This document shows, piece by piece, positions 26,342 to 35,848 of a DNA stretch of 64,000 nt. Each line of letters starts with the position of its first letter. Position 1 is the stretch's first letter. The DNA lies in assembly GCA_965370315.1 (NCBI GenBank), contig CBDUTO010000003.1:13527-77526 (forward strand). The letters are read 5' to 3'. The notes below the pieces were generated by a model, which saw nothing but the letters and a program-made list of their open reading frames with translations, had not been told where the DNA came from and ran no database searches. The DNA comes from an uncultured Melioribacteraceae bacterium. Lineage in GTDB: Bacteria > Bacteroidota > Ignavibacteria > Ignavibacteriales > Melioribacteraceae. Made by a program: the position numbers and the translations under genes.

Positions 26342-27172
26342 TCAATAATTATTTTTTTGTGCAACAATTCTCACCCCGCCTAAATTTCCACCATCAAATA
26401 GTTTAACCATTTTACTGTAAAAATCTTCTAAGCCTTCCACTACTTCAATACCATTCACGGTAATTTGGCGTTCACGATTTTCAATAAATTTTTTGAAACG
26501 GTCATTTACAAATTCTTTCCAGTTAGTAGTCATATCAACGAGTTCAATTTTACCAAATCCATTCTCTGACAGTTGCTCTTTGTATTCATCGAGTGTCGGG
26601 AGATAGTTACAATAAACATCATTAGATAAAATATCAAGCTCCTTTTCAGTAAACTCACTTCGTTTATAGAAATCCTCTACAAACATTTGTCCATTAGATT
26701 TCAAAAGAGAATTAGATTTTTTTAGAAGCGTTGAACGATTCGGAATATGAAGAAAGGCAAGCCAGCTGACTAAAACATCGTATTGGTTTACACGTCCAGA
26801 AAACTCAAGAATATTTCCGCACAGATGTTCAACTAATTCGGAAAGTCCACATTGCTTTGTTAAAAGTTCTGCCGTCTGGTTTAAGTCTGGTTGCAGTTCA
26901 AGTGCAGTTACAAATGACCCGGTTTTTTTCGCTATATATCTTGCAGGTCCACCAATTCCAGAGCCAAGGTCGAAGACTCTGCTATTCGCATCTATCTTAA
27001 GAAGACGAATAGCTTCATCAACTGATTCGGTACCTAAATAGTGGTATTGATCAAGTTTGGAAACATCTTCAATTTTAAGCGAACTTTCCTTTTTTAAACC
27101 ACCAATACCAATCTCATTGAAAATTCTTTCAGGCTGATTATACAGTTTCATTGTTTTTATATTTTCGTTCAC
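26342..27172 (-). CDS. Class I SAM-dependent methyltransferase
   Basis: 276 aa. Motif I VFDLGSGIGGPARYIAKK, post-I VTALELQ, then LLKSNGQMFVEDF. It has the LDQYHYLG lead-in seen in small-molecule N/O-methyltransferases. Substrate unknown. Confidence 0.8.
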   Translation of the reverse strand: MNENIKTMKLYNQPERIFNEIGIGGLKKESSLKIEDVSKLDQYHYLGTESVDEAIRLLKIDANSRVFDLGSGIGGPARYIAKKTGSFVTALELQPDLNQTAELLTKQCGLSELVEHLCGNILEFSGRVNQYDVLVSWLAFLHIPNRSTLLKKSNSLLKSNGQMFVEDFYKRSEFTEKELDILSNDVYCNYLPTLDEYKEQLSENGFGKIELVDMTTNWKEFVNDRFKKFIENRERQITVNGIEVVEGLEDFYSKMVKLFDGGNLGGVRIVAQKNNY

Positions 27173-27266
27173 TTATTTACTCCTTTGCAGATCTTTCTGG
27201 AAAGCCTAGTACTCTTCAAAATAAAAATTTATTACATTATTCTTTGATAACTATTAATGAAAACTC

Positions 27267-28865
27267 CTATTTAATTAACATCATTTTTTTCGTTTCAAAA
27301 AAACCTTTAGTTTGAACGCTATAAAAATAAATTCCGGAAGATAAACCAGCTGCATTAAATTCAACCTCATGAACTCCGGACAGCTTTTGTTCATTTACTA
27401 AAGTTGTAATTTCATTGCCCAATGCGTCAAACACTTTAATTAAAACATTCTGGCTACTTACTACTTGATACTTAATTCTCGTTGTAGGATTAAATGGATT
27501 TGGATAATTTTGTTCAATGCTGAATTTTGTCGGATGCTCATATAACCCATTAATAGCTGTTGCCGGGTTTCCGTAATACGCAAAAACCTCTTCAGCCAAA
27601 AACCAAAATGATAATTTATCTGAAATTACAATTGTTCGTGATGAAAAACTTGGAACCCATACGCCATTATCCCAATACTGCATTGATTGATATGTGTTAT
27701 TACCATTTAAGTCAATATCCGAAAGTAATCTTTGAGCGTTGACCCACGTGGAATCTACCCAGACTTCAAACAGATAGCTTGTTTGTATTCCATCATTACT
27801 GTAATTAAAATTTGCTCGTGATTGATTCTCCCACCTCAAACTATCAACATTAAATTTTTCACTAAAAATATAAATTCTATCTCCGTTTGTATTAAGGTCT
27901 GTACTCCTCCTTGTATTAAAAACTAATCTATTATTCACATAATCTGATGTAACAGAAAGCTCTCTTAATTCCATAGTGTAATCATACATTGTAAGAGTCT
28001 TAGCTTCCAAAGAATCACTGCCTGAAGTTGATAGATAAGTGCTAGATAATATTCGATTCTCTGAATCATATTCATATATATATTTATATGATTCAAACCA
28101 GGCTCCGTTATCCCACCAAAAATTTGACGAGGTAATTATATTGTTATTGGAGTCATATGTATACCCCGACTTTCTCCAATTCTCAAGAATTCCTCCATTT
28201 TCAAATTCAATTATATCATTTATTCTGTTTCCATTTACGTCATATTCATTAGTATAACGTGCACTTGGTACCCATTTAGTTCCGTCCCAAACTTCTGTTA
28301 AGCTAACTGTCCTTTTTCCTTCAGTGTTATATGCATCACTATTACGCCTAGAGTTAATCCAACTATTATCATGGTCCCATTTTTGCCAGAGCCTCATAGT
28401 CAAATCACCATTTTCATTATACTCAGATTCTATTTTCTCCATATCCTCCCACCCGAATGACCATCCCGCTTGTGTAAGTTCTAATGTTTGATTACGGTTT
28501 ACATCATATTCAAAAGTTTTCCGGTAAACGCTATCACTAATAATATTAGTCCTAAATCGTATAAAATCTTCAATTAGTGATCCGTTAGTGTCATATGTGT
28601 AAGTGTGTTTTTCAGATTTACCGTTTCCAAGATTAGCAATTATGCTGTCGGGAGGTGTTGTTGATTCAGTCGCCTTATTAAGCACTTCATTGTATTCGTT
28701 TTGGGGGAATTCTGTTAAACTGGTGCTATTGTTTCCGGTATTATAGAAGCTTGTTTCGCGATCAAAGTTATTTAGATCACCTGAAATATTTTTAGGCTGA
28801 GCAACTAAATTCGAGCTTAAGAATAAACAAAGAACTACTGTAAAAATATGTAATAAATGTTTCAT
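27267..28865 (-). CDS. Secreted T9SS cargo protein with YD-like repeats
   Basis: 532 aa with a signal peptide. Recurring Y-x-YD-x-NGN-like units (TYTYDTNGSL, FEYDVNRNQT, SEYNENGDLT, NEYDVNGNRI, YTYDSNNNII, YEYDSENRIL). C-terminal QNYPNPFNPTTRIKY...GIYFYSVQTKGFFETKKMMLIK. Confidence 0.75.
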   Translation of the reverse strand: MKHLLHIFTVVLCLFLSSNLVAQPKNISGDLNNFDRETSFYNTGNNSTSLTEFPQNEYNEVLNKATESTTPPDSIIANLGNGKSEKHTYTYDTNGSLIEDFIRFRTNIISDSVYRKTFEYDVNRNQTLELTQAGWSFGWEDMEKIESEYNENGDLTMRLWQKWDHDNSWINSRRNSDAYNTEGKRTVSLTEVWDGTKWVPSARYTNEYDVNGNRINDIIEFENGGILENWRKSGYTYDSNNNIITSSNFWWDNGAWFESYKYIYEYDSENRILSSTYLSTSGSDSLEAKTLTMYDYTMELRELSVTSDYVNNRLVFNTRRSTDLNTNGDRIYIFSEKFNVDSLRWENQSRANFNYSNDGIQTSYLFEVWVDSTWVNAQRLLSDIDLNGNNTYQSMQYWDNGVWVPSFSSRTIVISDKLSFWFLAEEVFAYYGNPATAINGLYEHPTKFSIEQNYPNPFNPTTRIKYQVVSSQNVLIKVFDALGNEITTLVNEQKLSGVHEVEFNAAGLSSGIYFYSVQTKGFFETKKMMLIK

Positions 28866-29340
28866 TATGCTTTCTCCTTTTTATGCTTTGTTTTGTTTAC
28901 ACCATGTTAAAATTTCTATCCCATTATACTTTAAGAAGGTTTCATAAACCCGCCAATAATTAAATACCGTTTTTTTGCTTATTTCTGTGCTTTAAAAGAT
29001 ACATTTCTGATACAAGTGAAAGATTTGGGAATATTACACGAATGAATAGGACTTTTGGATGAATCACTTTTAGTTAGGGGAAATATAATAAAAAATGCGA
29101 TGTAATGTCATATTTGTTTTTTTTAGGTTGCTTTCTGTAAACCATCCTCAGAATTTCTTTTTAATTCCGACACAATATAATCTGAATGACTCATCGTCAG
29201 AATTACAATTATTGTTTTTAAAATTAAGTAACTATCCATTCTCAGAGATTTATTCTATTCGTAAAATTCTTCAAGCTCTATTAAGTTCCGGGTTCCCTCT
29301 TTTCTTACACCAAATACCGACCCGTAGCCAGTAATACTGG

Positions 29341-30041
29341 TGTGCATGTTCATTTGCTCATCCGAATAAAAAACTAACGAATTATACTTTTTACTACAAT
29401 GAGATTTCATAATTTTACTTCATTCTAAACAAACTATTATCAAATATGATTAAATCACTCTTCACCTTTCTTCTCAACCTATTCAAATCAAGAACTCAAC
29501 TACAATTTCGGAAAGTATTTTGAGAAGAAAATTTCTGATATTGGTATTAAAGAAATTATTACTGCTTATAGATCTCCTTGGCAAAACGGATATGTTGAAA
29601 GAGTGATTGGGACGATTAGAAGAGAATGCCTTGATCACTTCATAGTTTTCAACGAAGCCCATCTCAGAGAAATTCTTAAAGAATATTTTTATTACTACAA
29701 TAAATTTCGAACACATTTGGGGTTGGATAAAGATACTCCGAAAAGGAGACCAATAGAATCAATTGGAAAAATAGCTAATATTCCTATTCTAAATGGTCTA
29801 CATAATATTTATTTCAGAGAAGCTGTTTAAGTTATAGAAAAGACAAACTAAATTTTCAAGTCAGTCCATTTTAGGCTAGTGTATTACTAGATCTGCTTTT
29901 AAGAATAATCGCAATAATTGATAATTTCCTATCAGATTAATATAAATCTACCGAACCATTCTAAACAAAATAACAAGTTTATTAAAATTATGTAAAGATA
30001 ATGAGTGAAATCATATGCAGATGAAGTTTTGGATAGTCACA
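29341..30041 (+). mobile_element. Internally deleted copy (701 bp) of the IS at 54886-56220
   Basis: Left end tgtgcatgttcatttgctcatcc. The transposase start continues to about codon 20, then jumps (junction ~29507) to the equivalent of ~55682. The C-terminal 75 codons are identical in protein to the intact copy. The right end ...gaagttttggatagtcaca is diverged. Confidence 0.8.
29446..29830 (+). pseudogene. Transposase pseudogene (about 610 bp deleted, frame broken)
   Basis: The ATG at 29446 gives MIKSLFTFLLNLFKSRTQLQFRKVF then a stop. ORF 29603-29830 equals the last 75 aa of the 54993-56006 transposase. Confidence 0.85.
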
Positions 30042-30215
30042 GCAAGTCAACCATTGGAATTTACTACTGTTATATTTACTAATCCTTCGGCAAATTAAAC
30101 TCACGAAAGAATAATTTGACATAGTGTCCTTTTATGCTTACATTAAATAAGTAATAATCTGGGGCAGATAAATACTTTGTAAAAAGAGTGAAATTTAATA
30201 CGAAAGGATTTTAAA

Positions 30216-31538
30216 ATGAAAAGAAAATATTCTAGTGCAATACTTATAATATTCCTCTTTTCCATACTTACACGTGCTCAAAACCTGGTGCTATATACAA
30301 CACTTAATGATGAAGCATCAATCACTTCTCCTTCTACTGGTCCTGCAAGCCTTTCATATAATGGGACTTTTGTAGCTGCAAAGTATAGTAGTGGTTTTCT
30401 TGCAGATGCTATTAATGAATTTGTAACTTTTAATGTTGGAGCATCGACAGGAACAGAATCTGGTAAACTAAATCAAAGTAAAGGAACTATCGCATTTTGG
30501 TATAAACCAAATTATGCGACTGGTGCAGGCGATCCTTCTTTTTTCTTTTGTATTAATACTGGTGGTAGTACTGGTTATTTGGCAATGAAGTATGAAAACG
30601 ACGGCTCAAATAACAATATACGTCTCCATTTAAGGGGATGGAATACACAAGCAATAGATGATTTATCATCAACAAGCTGGTCGGCTGGCGATCTGGTACA
30701 CATAGCTGCTGTTTGGGATGCATCTGGATCAAATTCAGATATTAACGGTGGTAATTCTGCAGCAATTTACATAAATGGAAGTGTTACTGGATTTGGTAAT
30801 ACAACATGGACACCCGCGGCAACTAATGGCACAAATTTATTCATTGGTCGTTATGCGACTGCGCAACAATTCGCTGATGGAGTTATTGATGATTTTTATA
30901 TTTATGATGATGTTTTAACATCAACCGAAATAAATAATTTAAAAAATTCACAATCACTGCTGCCTGTTGAGTTATCTTCATTCACTGCTCATTTGAAAGA
31001 CAATCAAGTTCATCTCAATTGGGAAACCGCCACTGAAATTAATAATTATGGGTTTGGAATTGAGAGAAAGCTTTCAGCTATCAGCAGTCAGCATTCAGAA
31101 TGGGAAACTATTGGTTTTATATCTGGACATGGAAATAGTAACAGTCCTAAAAGTTATGACTTTATTGATAATGAGAGCCCCACTGGTGAATTAGAATATC
31201 GATTAAAACAATTGGATACTGATGGTAGCTTTGAATATAGTGAAACAATAATTGTAGAACTAGGAACACCAACTAAATATGATATACAACAAAATCATCC
31301 AAATCCTTTTAATCCGAGTACAGAAATAAATTATTCTATACCCAAATCCGGGAAAGTAATATTGAGAGTATATTCAATTCTAGGAGAAGAAGTAGCAATG
31401 CTGGTAAATGAAAATAAAGAAGCCGGAGAATATACGGTACACTTTATGACAGAAGGAAGTTTAGCAAGTGGCATTTATATAACGCGAATGGAAAGCGGTA
31501 GTTATAGCAAAACAATAAAAATGATATTATTAAGATAA
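30216..31538 (+). CDS. Secreted LamG/concanavalin-like domain protein with T9SS C-terminal sorting domain
   Basis: 440 aa with a signal peptide. LamG-type motifs (GTIAFWYKPNY, GDLVHIAAVWD, AIYINGSV, LFIGRY, GVIDDFYIYDDVLTSTEINNL). C-terminal QNHPNPFNPSTEINY...GIYITRMESGSYSKTIKMILLR. Confidence 0.75.
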   Translation: MKRKYSSAILIIFLFSILTRAQNLVLYTTLNDEASITSPSTGPASLSYNGTFVAAKYSSGFLADAINEFVTFNVGASTGTESGKLNQSKGTIAFWYKPNYATGAGDPSFFFCINTGGSTGYLAMKYENDGSNNNIRLHLRGWNTQAIDDLSSTSWSAGDLVHIAAVWDASGSNSDINGGNSAAIYINGSVTGFGNTTWTPAATNGTNLFIGRYATAQQFADGVIDDFYIYDDVLTSTEINNLKNSQSLLPVELSSFTAHLKDNQVHLNWETATEINNYGFGIERKLSAISSQHSEWETIGFISGHGNSNSPKSYDFIDNESPTGELEYRLKQLDTDGSFEYSETIIVELGTPTKYDIQQNHPNPFNPSTEINYSIPKSGKVILRVYSILGEEVAMLVNENKEAGEYTVHFMTEGSLASGIYITRMESGSYSKTIKMILLR

Positions 31539-31692
31539 ACGAGACAAAACTAAAATGAAAAAGCATTTAATTACAATTATTTTAATATCACTAACAACAC
31601 AACTCTACTCACAAAAAGGATAAAAGTATTATTAGATGATGGCACAGAAATTCACTGACACTGTAACATTTTTTGTGTAAATGGTATAATGC

Positions 31693-32026
31693 TTATTTGA
31701 TGAATGGCTTTAGCCGTTCTTCAAATATAATGGAAAATTGAGAAATAATGAAAGTCCAATCTCTAATTGACATAGTCCATTTTTTTGATATATCTCTATA
31801 AGCAAGATAAAGCATTTTTGTTAATGCATCATCATTCGGAAAAAGGGCTCTGTTTTTGTGACCTTTCTAAATTGTCAATGTAAGTTTTCTACTGCATTTG
31901 TAGTGTAAATTACTATTCTAATTTGCTCTGGATATTTGAAATACACCGCTAAGTTATTCCAGTTTTGTCTCCATGATTTGATAGGATAAGGATAACTCTT
32001 TCCCCATTTTTCTTCTAGTTTATCAT
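31693..32026 (-). pseudogene. C-terminal fragment of an IS256-family (mutator-type) transposase, with an in-frame stop and a frameshift
   Basis: Own translation: DKLEEKWGKSYPYPIKSWRQNWNNLAVYFKYPEQIRIVIYTTNAVENLH*QFRKVTKTEPF, then a shift in a T5 run, then FPNDDALTKMLYLAYRDISKKWTMSIRDWTFIISQFSIIFEERL. This is the conserved IS256 C-terminal pattern (W..nW..L..fF.yP..IR..iYTTN.iE..n...RK). The N-terminal part is missing. Confidence 0.65.
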
Positions 32027-32028
32027 GT

Positions 32029-32115
32029 TGTCCCTATTCATCTGCTCATCCGCATAGAAAACTAACTTGAGATTCTTGTTGATATTCAGCACGGACGAGG
32101 TTTTGGATAGGGACA
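32029..32115 (+). mobile_element. 87-bp mini-MITE: the two ends of the IS481-like element joined
   Basis: tgtccctattcatctgctcatccgcatagaaaactaac is joined to ttgagattcttgttgatattcagcacggacgaggttttggatagggaca. It abuts, and apparently truncates, the IS256 relic. Confidence 0.6.
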
Positions 32116-32215
32116 ACGTCAGATAGGTCCGTTTACAGCGTCTACAGCGGTAGTTTAAAAACCAAAAAGCCCGAAAACGGCTCTTTCATGCTGTAAACGG
32201 GCTTTTAAAATAGTA

Positions 32216-32235
32216 TGGCGGAGAGTGAGGGATTC
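32216..32235 (-). other. Isolated tRNA 3'-end fragment (T-arm 3' half, acceptor 3' strand and CCA)
   Basis: The minus strand reads GAATCCCTCACTCTCCGCCA. This is the canonical ...(TTC)GAATCCCTC-ACTCTCC-G-CCA end of a Ser/Leu-type tRNA. Upstream sequence does not continue as a tRNA. The patch is GC-rich in AT-rich surroundings. Confidence 0.4.
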
Positions 32236-32367
32236 TTCGCTTATCTAAATATAATTCGTTTTTAGGCTGTATACGTATCTTTTTAAAAATCGATGTCCAA
32301 AAAATGCCCACCATTTTTAAAACTTTATTTTACTTAATTTTATTGTGATTATTGAAGAGTACGGCTT

Positions 32368-32400
32368 GAACTTGTGCAGACGTGGTTTTCAATAGGGACA
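32368..32400 (+). mobile_element. Solo right inverted-repeat fragment of the IS481-like element
   Basis: cttgtgcagacgtggttttcaatagggaca aligns with the last ~30 bp of the other right ends. Confidence 0.4.
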
Positions 32401-32453
32401 ACCACTTAAACAGCCTAATGTGAGTTATCGACTTTCATCAACTATTATATATT

Positions 32454-34478
32454 TTATTTCAAGAGTAATGCTTTCTTAACTTGCGTAAAACTATTCTTAG
32501 AACTTGATCCAATTGCTTTAATACTAATAAAATAAACCCCACTTGATAAATTAGAAGCATTAAATGTTATATTAAAATTTCCGGCTTCTTGATATTTATT
32601 TACTAACTGAGCAACTTCCTGACCAAGTGTATCATAAACAGAAAGTGTAACATTACCTGGTTCTGCTAAACTAAAATTTATTACTGTTGTTGGGTTAAAA
32701 GGATTTGGATAAGCATTACTTAAATTATAAGTATACGAATTGCTGCTATTGTTTCTATCCATTTCAACTGAAGTGGTTATAATAGTTTTACTATCTATTT
32801 TCTTACCAGAAATATCATAAGCTGAAAAAATAAGTTCTGAACTATTTACTTCCACTTTACAAAAATTATATATTTCTCTAAAAGGATAATTTGTTAATGG
32901 ATTTATAGGATCTGTAAATCCATCGTCTTTTACGGGACCTATGCCACCACCACCAGCAGCTGTAACATAATTTACATTATTTACAAATCCTCTTTCATAC
33001 CCGTGTAAGTGTCCAGAAAAATTAAAATCAACTCCATACTTTTCAAATAGTGGGGCTAAATACTCTTCACAATCTAAATACTTACTAAGGGATCTATTGT
33101 GATAAGTTGGTACATGACTGAAAACAAAAATCCAATCAGCTTCTGTAGCTTCTTGAGAACTGAGTTGTTCTTCCAACCATATATATTGAGGTGAATTAAT
33201 CTTTATACTTGGATAATAGTCTGCCTCAGGGAATGCTGCACTTCTATTATCAAAAAAAACAAAAAATGAATTCCCGTGGGAAAAGGTGAAGTAATTTTCA
33301 TGCTCTGAATTGGGCATTTGAAAATATTTATAAAAATTCTCAGAATCTAGTTGATGATTACCGATTGATACAAATATAGGTTTCTCAGCCATATACTTTT
33401 CTAATGGGTCAAATAATTCCACATTCCAATCATTACGTGCTCCTCTTTGAACAATATCTCCTAAGTGGGCTATAAAATCAAAACTATGTTCATCGAAGTG
33501 ACTAATTATTTCACGATGGCGAACAAAATTATTTTGGGAATCTCCATATACTAAAAAACTGAAAGAATCTGGATTTTTGGAAAAAGAAGTAAATGAGTGC
33601 CATTGGCTATAAATTCTACCAGACTTGACTCTATAATAATATTTAGTTTCATCTAATAAATTTGATACTTCTATTTTATGATTATTTGTTGAAAGATTTT
33701 CATCAATTATTTGATAGTTAGAACTATCAAGCCCTATTTCCAGTAAGCTAAGTGAATTTTTATTTGTTCCCCAAAGAATTGCAACCGACGAATCTGAAAG
33801 ATTTTGTATATATGGGCCACGATTAATAGAAATATCATTATTAACTTCTGGTATTTTGAAAGTTTCATATATCTTCACCCAGTCGAAAAAATTTCCATTG
33901 TTGTAACAACTTGAAAACCCAAATGAACCACTTGTTAAATTATTATCTGTTGCTTCCAGATAAAGTTTATCGTTTAAATAAACTTTTAGGCTATCATTAT
34001 AAGCCATAATTGTTACTTCAAAGCCAACAAATGGCCATTCTGAATCAGTATATTTATCTATTATTTTTGTTGTGCCATTTATTCTTCTTTGCAAGTAAAT
34101 TATACTTCGCTGACTCGATAAAACAAATTTGTAATAATTGTCTGAATCAGTATAACGGAATACAATCCCAATATAGTCATCGTCCGTAGAGTATATATAA
34201 GAACGTAGAGTAAAATTATCAAGAAGCACGTTTTTCTTAATTATATTAGTTCCACGCTGTTGACCTTCACCAATATTACTGGTCTGAACTAGATAACCTT
34301 CATCTAAAAACCAATCTGCTTCTCCATCAACTTCATTTATCACTTCCCATTCTGATAAAACATTATTTTCAAAGTTTTCTTCAAAAATCATCTTATTTTC
34401 CTGAGCATTTATTTCAAGGAAGAAAAACAATATTGAAATTATGACAAACCATATTTTAATTGATTTCTGTTTTTTCAT
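32454..34478 (-). CDS. Secreted purple-acid-phosphatase-like metallophosphoesterase with an N-terminal jelly-roll domain and T9SS sorting domain
   Basis: 674 aa with a signal peptide. ConA/LamG-like N-domain. PAP N-domain (RGPYIQNLSDSSVAILW...YYYRV). Calcineurin-like motifs (LVYGDSQ, HLGDIV, IGNHQ, FSHVP, SGHLHGYER). C-terminal NAYPNPFNPTTVINF...GVYFISIK. Confidence 0.8.
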   Translation of the reverse strand: MKKQKSIKIWFVIISILFFFLEINAQENKMIFEENFENNVLSEWEVINEVDGEADWFLDEGYLVQTSNIGEGQQRGTNIIKKNVLLDNFTLRSYIYSTDDDYIGIVFRYTDSDNYYKFVLSSQRSIIYLQRRINGTTKIIDKYTDSEWPFVGFEVTIMAYNDSLKVYLNDKLYLEATDNNLTSGSFGFSSCYNNGNFFDWVKIYETFKIPEVNNDISINRGPYIQNLSDSSVAILWGTNKNSLSLLEIGLDSSNYQIIDENLSTNNHKIEVSNLLDETKYYYRVKSGRIYSQWHSFTSFSKNPDSFSFLVYGDSQNNFVRHREIISHFDEHSFDFIAHLGDIVQRGARNDWNVELFDPLEKYMAEKPIFVSIGNHQLDSENFYKYFQMPNSEHENYFTFSHGNSFFVFFDNRSAAFPEADYYPSIKINSPQYIWLEEQLSSQEATEADWIFVFSHVPTYHNRSLSKYLDCEEYLAPLFEKYGVDFNFSGHLHGYERGFVNNVNYVTAAGGGGIGPVKDDGFTDPINPLTNYPFREIYNFCKVEVNSSELIFSAYDISGKKIDSKTIITTSVEMDRNNSSNSYTYNLSNAYPNPFNPTTVINFSLAEPGNVTLSVYDTLGQEVAQLVNKYQEAGNFNITFNASNLSSGVYFISIKAIGSSSKNSFTQVKKALLLK

Positions 34479-35830
34479 TATGTCTTAGGTTTTATTTTCC
34501 AAGTAAATGCCAATAATATTATTGCAATAACTGTACTAGCTAAAATTGATAGAATTATTATATCCCAGCTTGCTGCTTTTCCATATAACTCTCCATAATA
34601 TTCTGCCATCCAGCCAAACCCTTTGGCTTGTATTGTACGACCAATGTATCCAAACAACCCAACAAAACCGGCTGCAGTTCCAACTGCTTTTTTTGATGTT
34701 AAATCTAATGCAGCAACACCGAGAAGCATTACTGGTGGATAAACAAAGAATCCAACTATTGCAAGCATTGTCATATCAATCCAAAGATTACCTGGTGGGT
34801 TGAGGTAAATTACAAGGAATGCAAAAAATATTGGAATCATACATAAAAAAGAAACCATTCCTCTTCTTCCACCAACTTTATCGGAAAGCCAGCCCATCAA
34901 AAGGGTCGATGGAATTCCTCCAAACTCTAATATTAGAATTGCAATCCCCCCACCTTCTAAAGAAGCGCCTTTTATTTCACGTAGATATGTTGGACCCCAA
35001 TCCAACATACTATAGCGAACTATATAGACAAATAGATTTGCAATTGCGAAAAGCCATAAATATTTATTTTTAAAAATATGTGTAAAAAATAATTCTTTAG
35101 TTGTTAATTCCTTTTCTCTACTACTTTTATTATTTTCACCTTTGTTATAAGTATTTGAATATTCCTCAATTGGAGGTAGACCAATAGACTGTGGAGTATC
35201 CCGTAACCGTTTGAATAGGTAAAACGACCCAATTAAAGCAATTGCACCTGGCACATAGAAAGCGGCTTGCCATCCACCAAAATATATTGTAGCATATGCT
35301 GCAAGAATTCCAGCAATACCACCACCAATATTATGAGCAACATTCCAAATAGCAAAAACAGTTCCTCGTTCTTTAATACTAAACCAGTGTCCTATAGACC
35401 TTCCACACGGAGGCCACCCCATACCCTGCACAAATCCATTTAATGTCCACAAAAACATATGTATGCCATAACTTTGCACACTTCCAAAAGCAAAATTTAA
35501 TAACCCAGTTAAGAGAAGTCCAAAAGCCATAAACTTACGTGGATTACTTCTATCAGAAAGTGAGCCGTTTAGAAACTTCCCAAGTCCGTACGCAATGGCA
35601 GAGAGAGCAAGTATATTTCCGATCATATTATAATCGTACCCAAGTGTGCCTTCTATGTCTTTAGCTACGGTTGCAAGGTTATTTCTCACAAGGTAAAACA
35701 TCGCGTATCCCATAAAGGTAGATTCTAGAACTCGCCAACGGTTAACTTTATATAATTTTCCAATTTTTTCTTTTGGAACTTGTTCAATTGCGGGGTCTGG
35801 TTTGAACCAATTGATAAACTTTGATAGCAT
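34478..35830 (-). CDS. glpT: MFS glycerol-3-phosphate / organophosphate:phosphate antiporter
   Basis: 450 aa. GlpT/UhpC signature region FMGYAMFYLVRNNLATV...IAYGLGKFLNGSLSDRSNPRKFMAFGLLLTGLLNF; about 12 hydrophobic helices. Its stop overlaps the downstream start by 1 nt (TAATG). Confidence 0.85.
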   Translation of the reverse strand: MLSKFINWFKPDPAIEQVPKEKIGKLYKVNRWRVLESTFMGYAMFYLVRNNLATVAKDIEGTLGYDYNMIGNILALSAIAYGLGKFLNGSLSDRSNPRKFMAFGLLLTGLLNFAFGSVQSYGIHMFLWTLNGFVQGMGWPPCGRSIGHWFSIKERGTVFAIWNVAHNIGGGIAGILAAYATIYFGGWQAAFYVPGAIALIGSFYLFKRLRDTPQSIGLPPIEEYSNTYNKGENNKSSREKELTTKELFFTHIFKNKYLWLFAIANLFVYIVRYSMLDWGPTYLREIKGASLEGGGIAILILEFGGIPSTLLMGWLSDKVGGRRGMVSFLCMIPIFFAFLVIYLNPPGNLWIDMTMLAIVGFFVYPPVMLLGVAALDLTSKKAVGTAAGFVGLFGYIGRTIQAKGFGWMAEYYGELYGKAASWDIIILSILASTVIAIILLAFTWKIKPKT

Positions 35831-35848
35831 TAGATTTCCTTTTAAAAA

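Noticed and set aside
29095-29334. 79-aa plus-strand ORF in the spacer before the deleted IS copy
   Set aside because: The sequence is low-complexity with no start context or motif. It probably lies in degraded DNA next to an IS end.
24369-32453. Prophage, integrative element or defence island in the accessory patch
   Set aside because: There is no integrase, phage structural, restriction-modification, Cas, toxin-antitoxin or nuclease/helicase gene. Only IS debris, adk, a methyltransferase with small-molecule-type motifs, and T9SS cargo are present.
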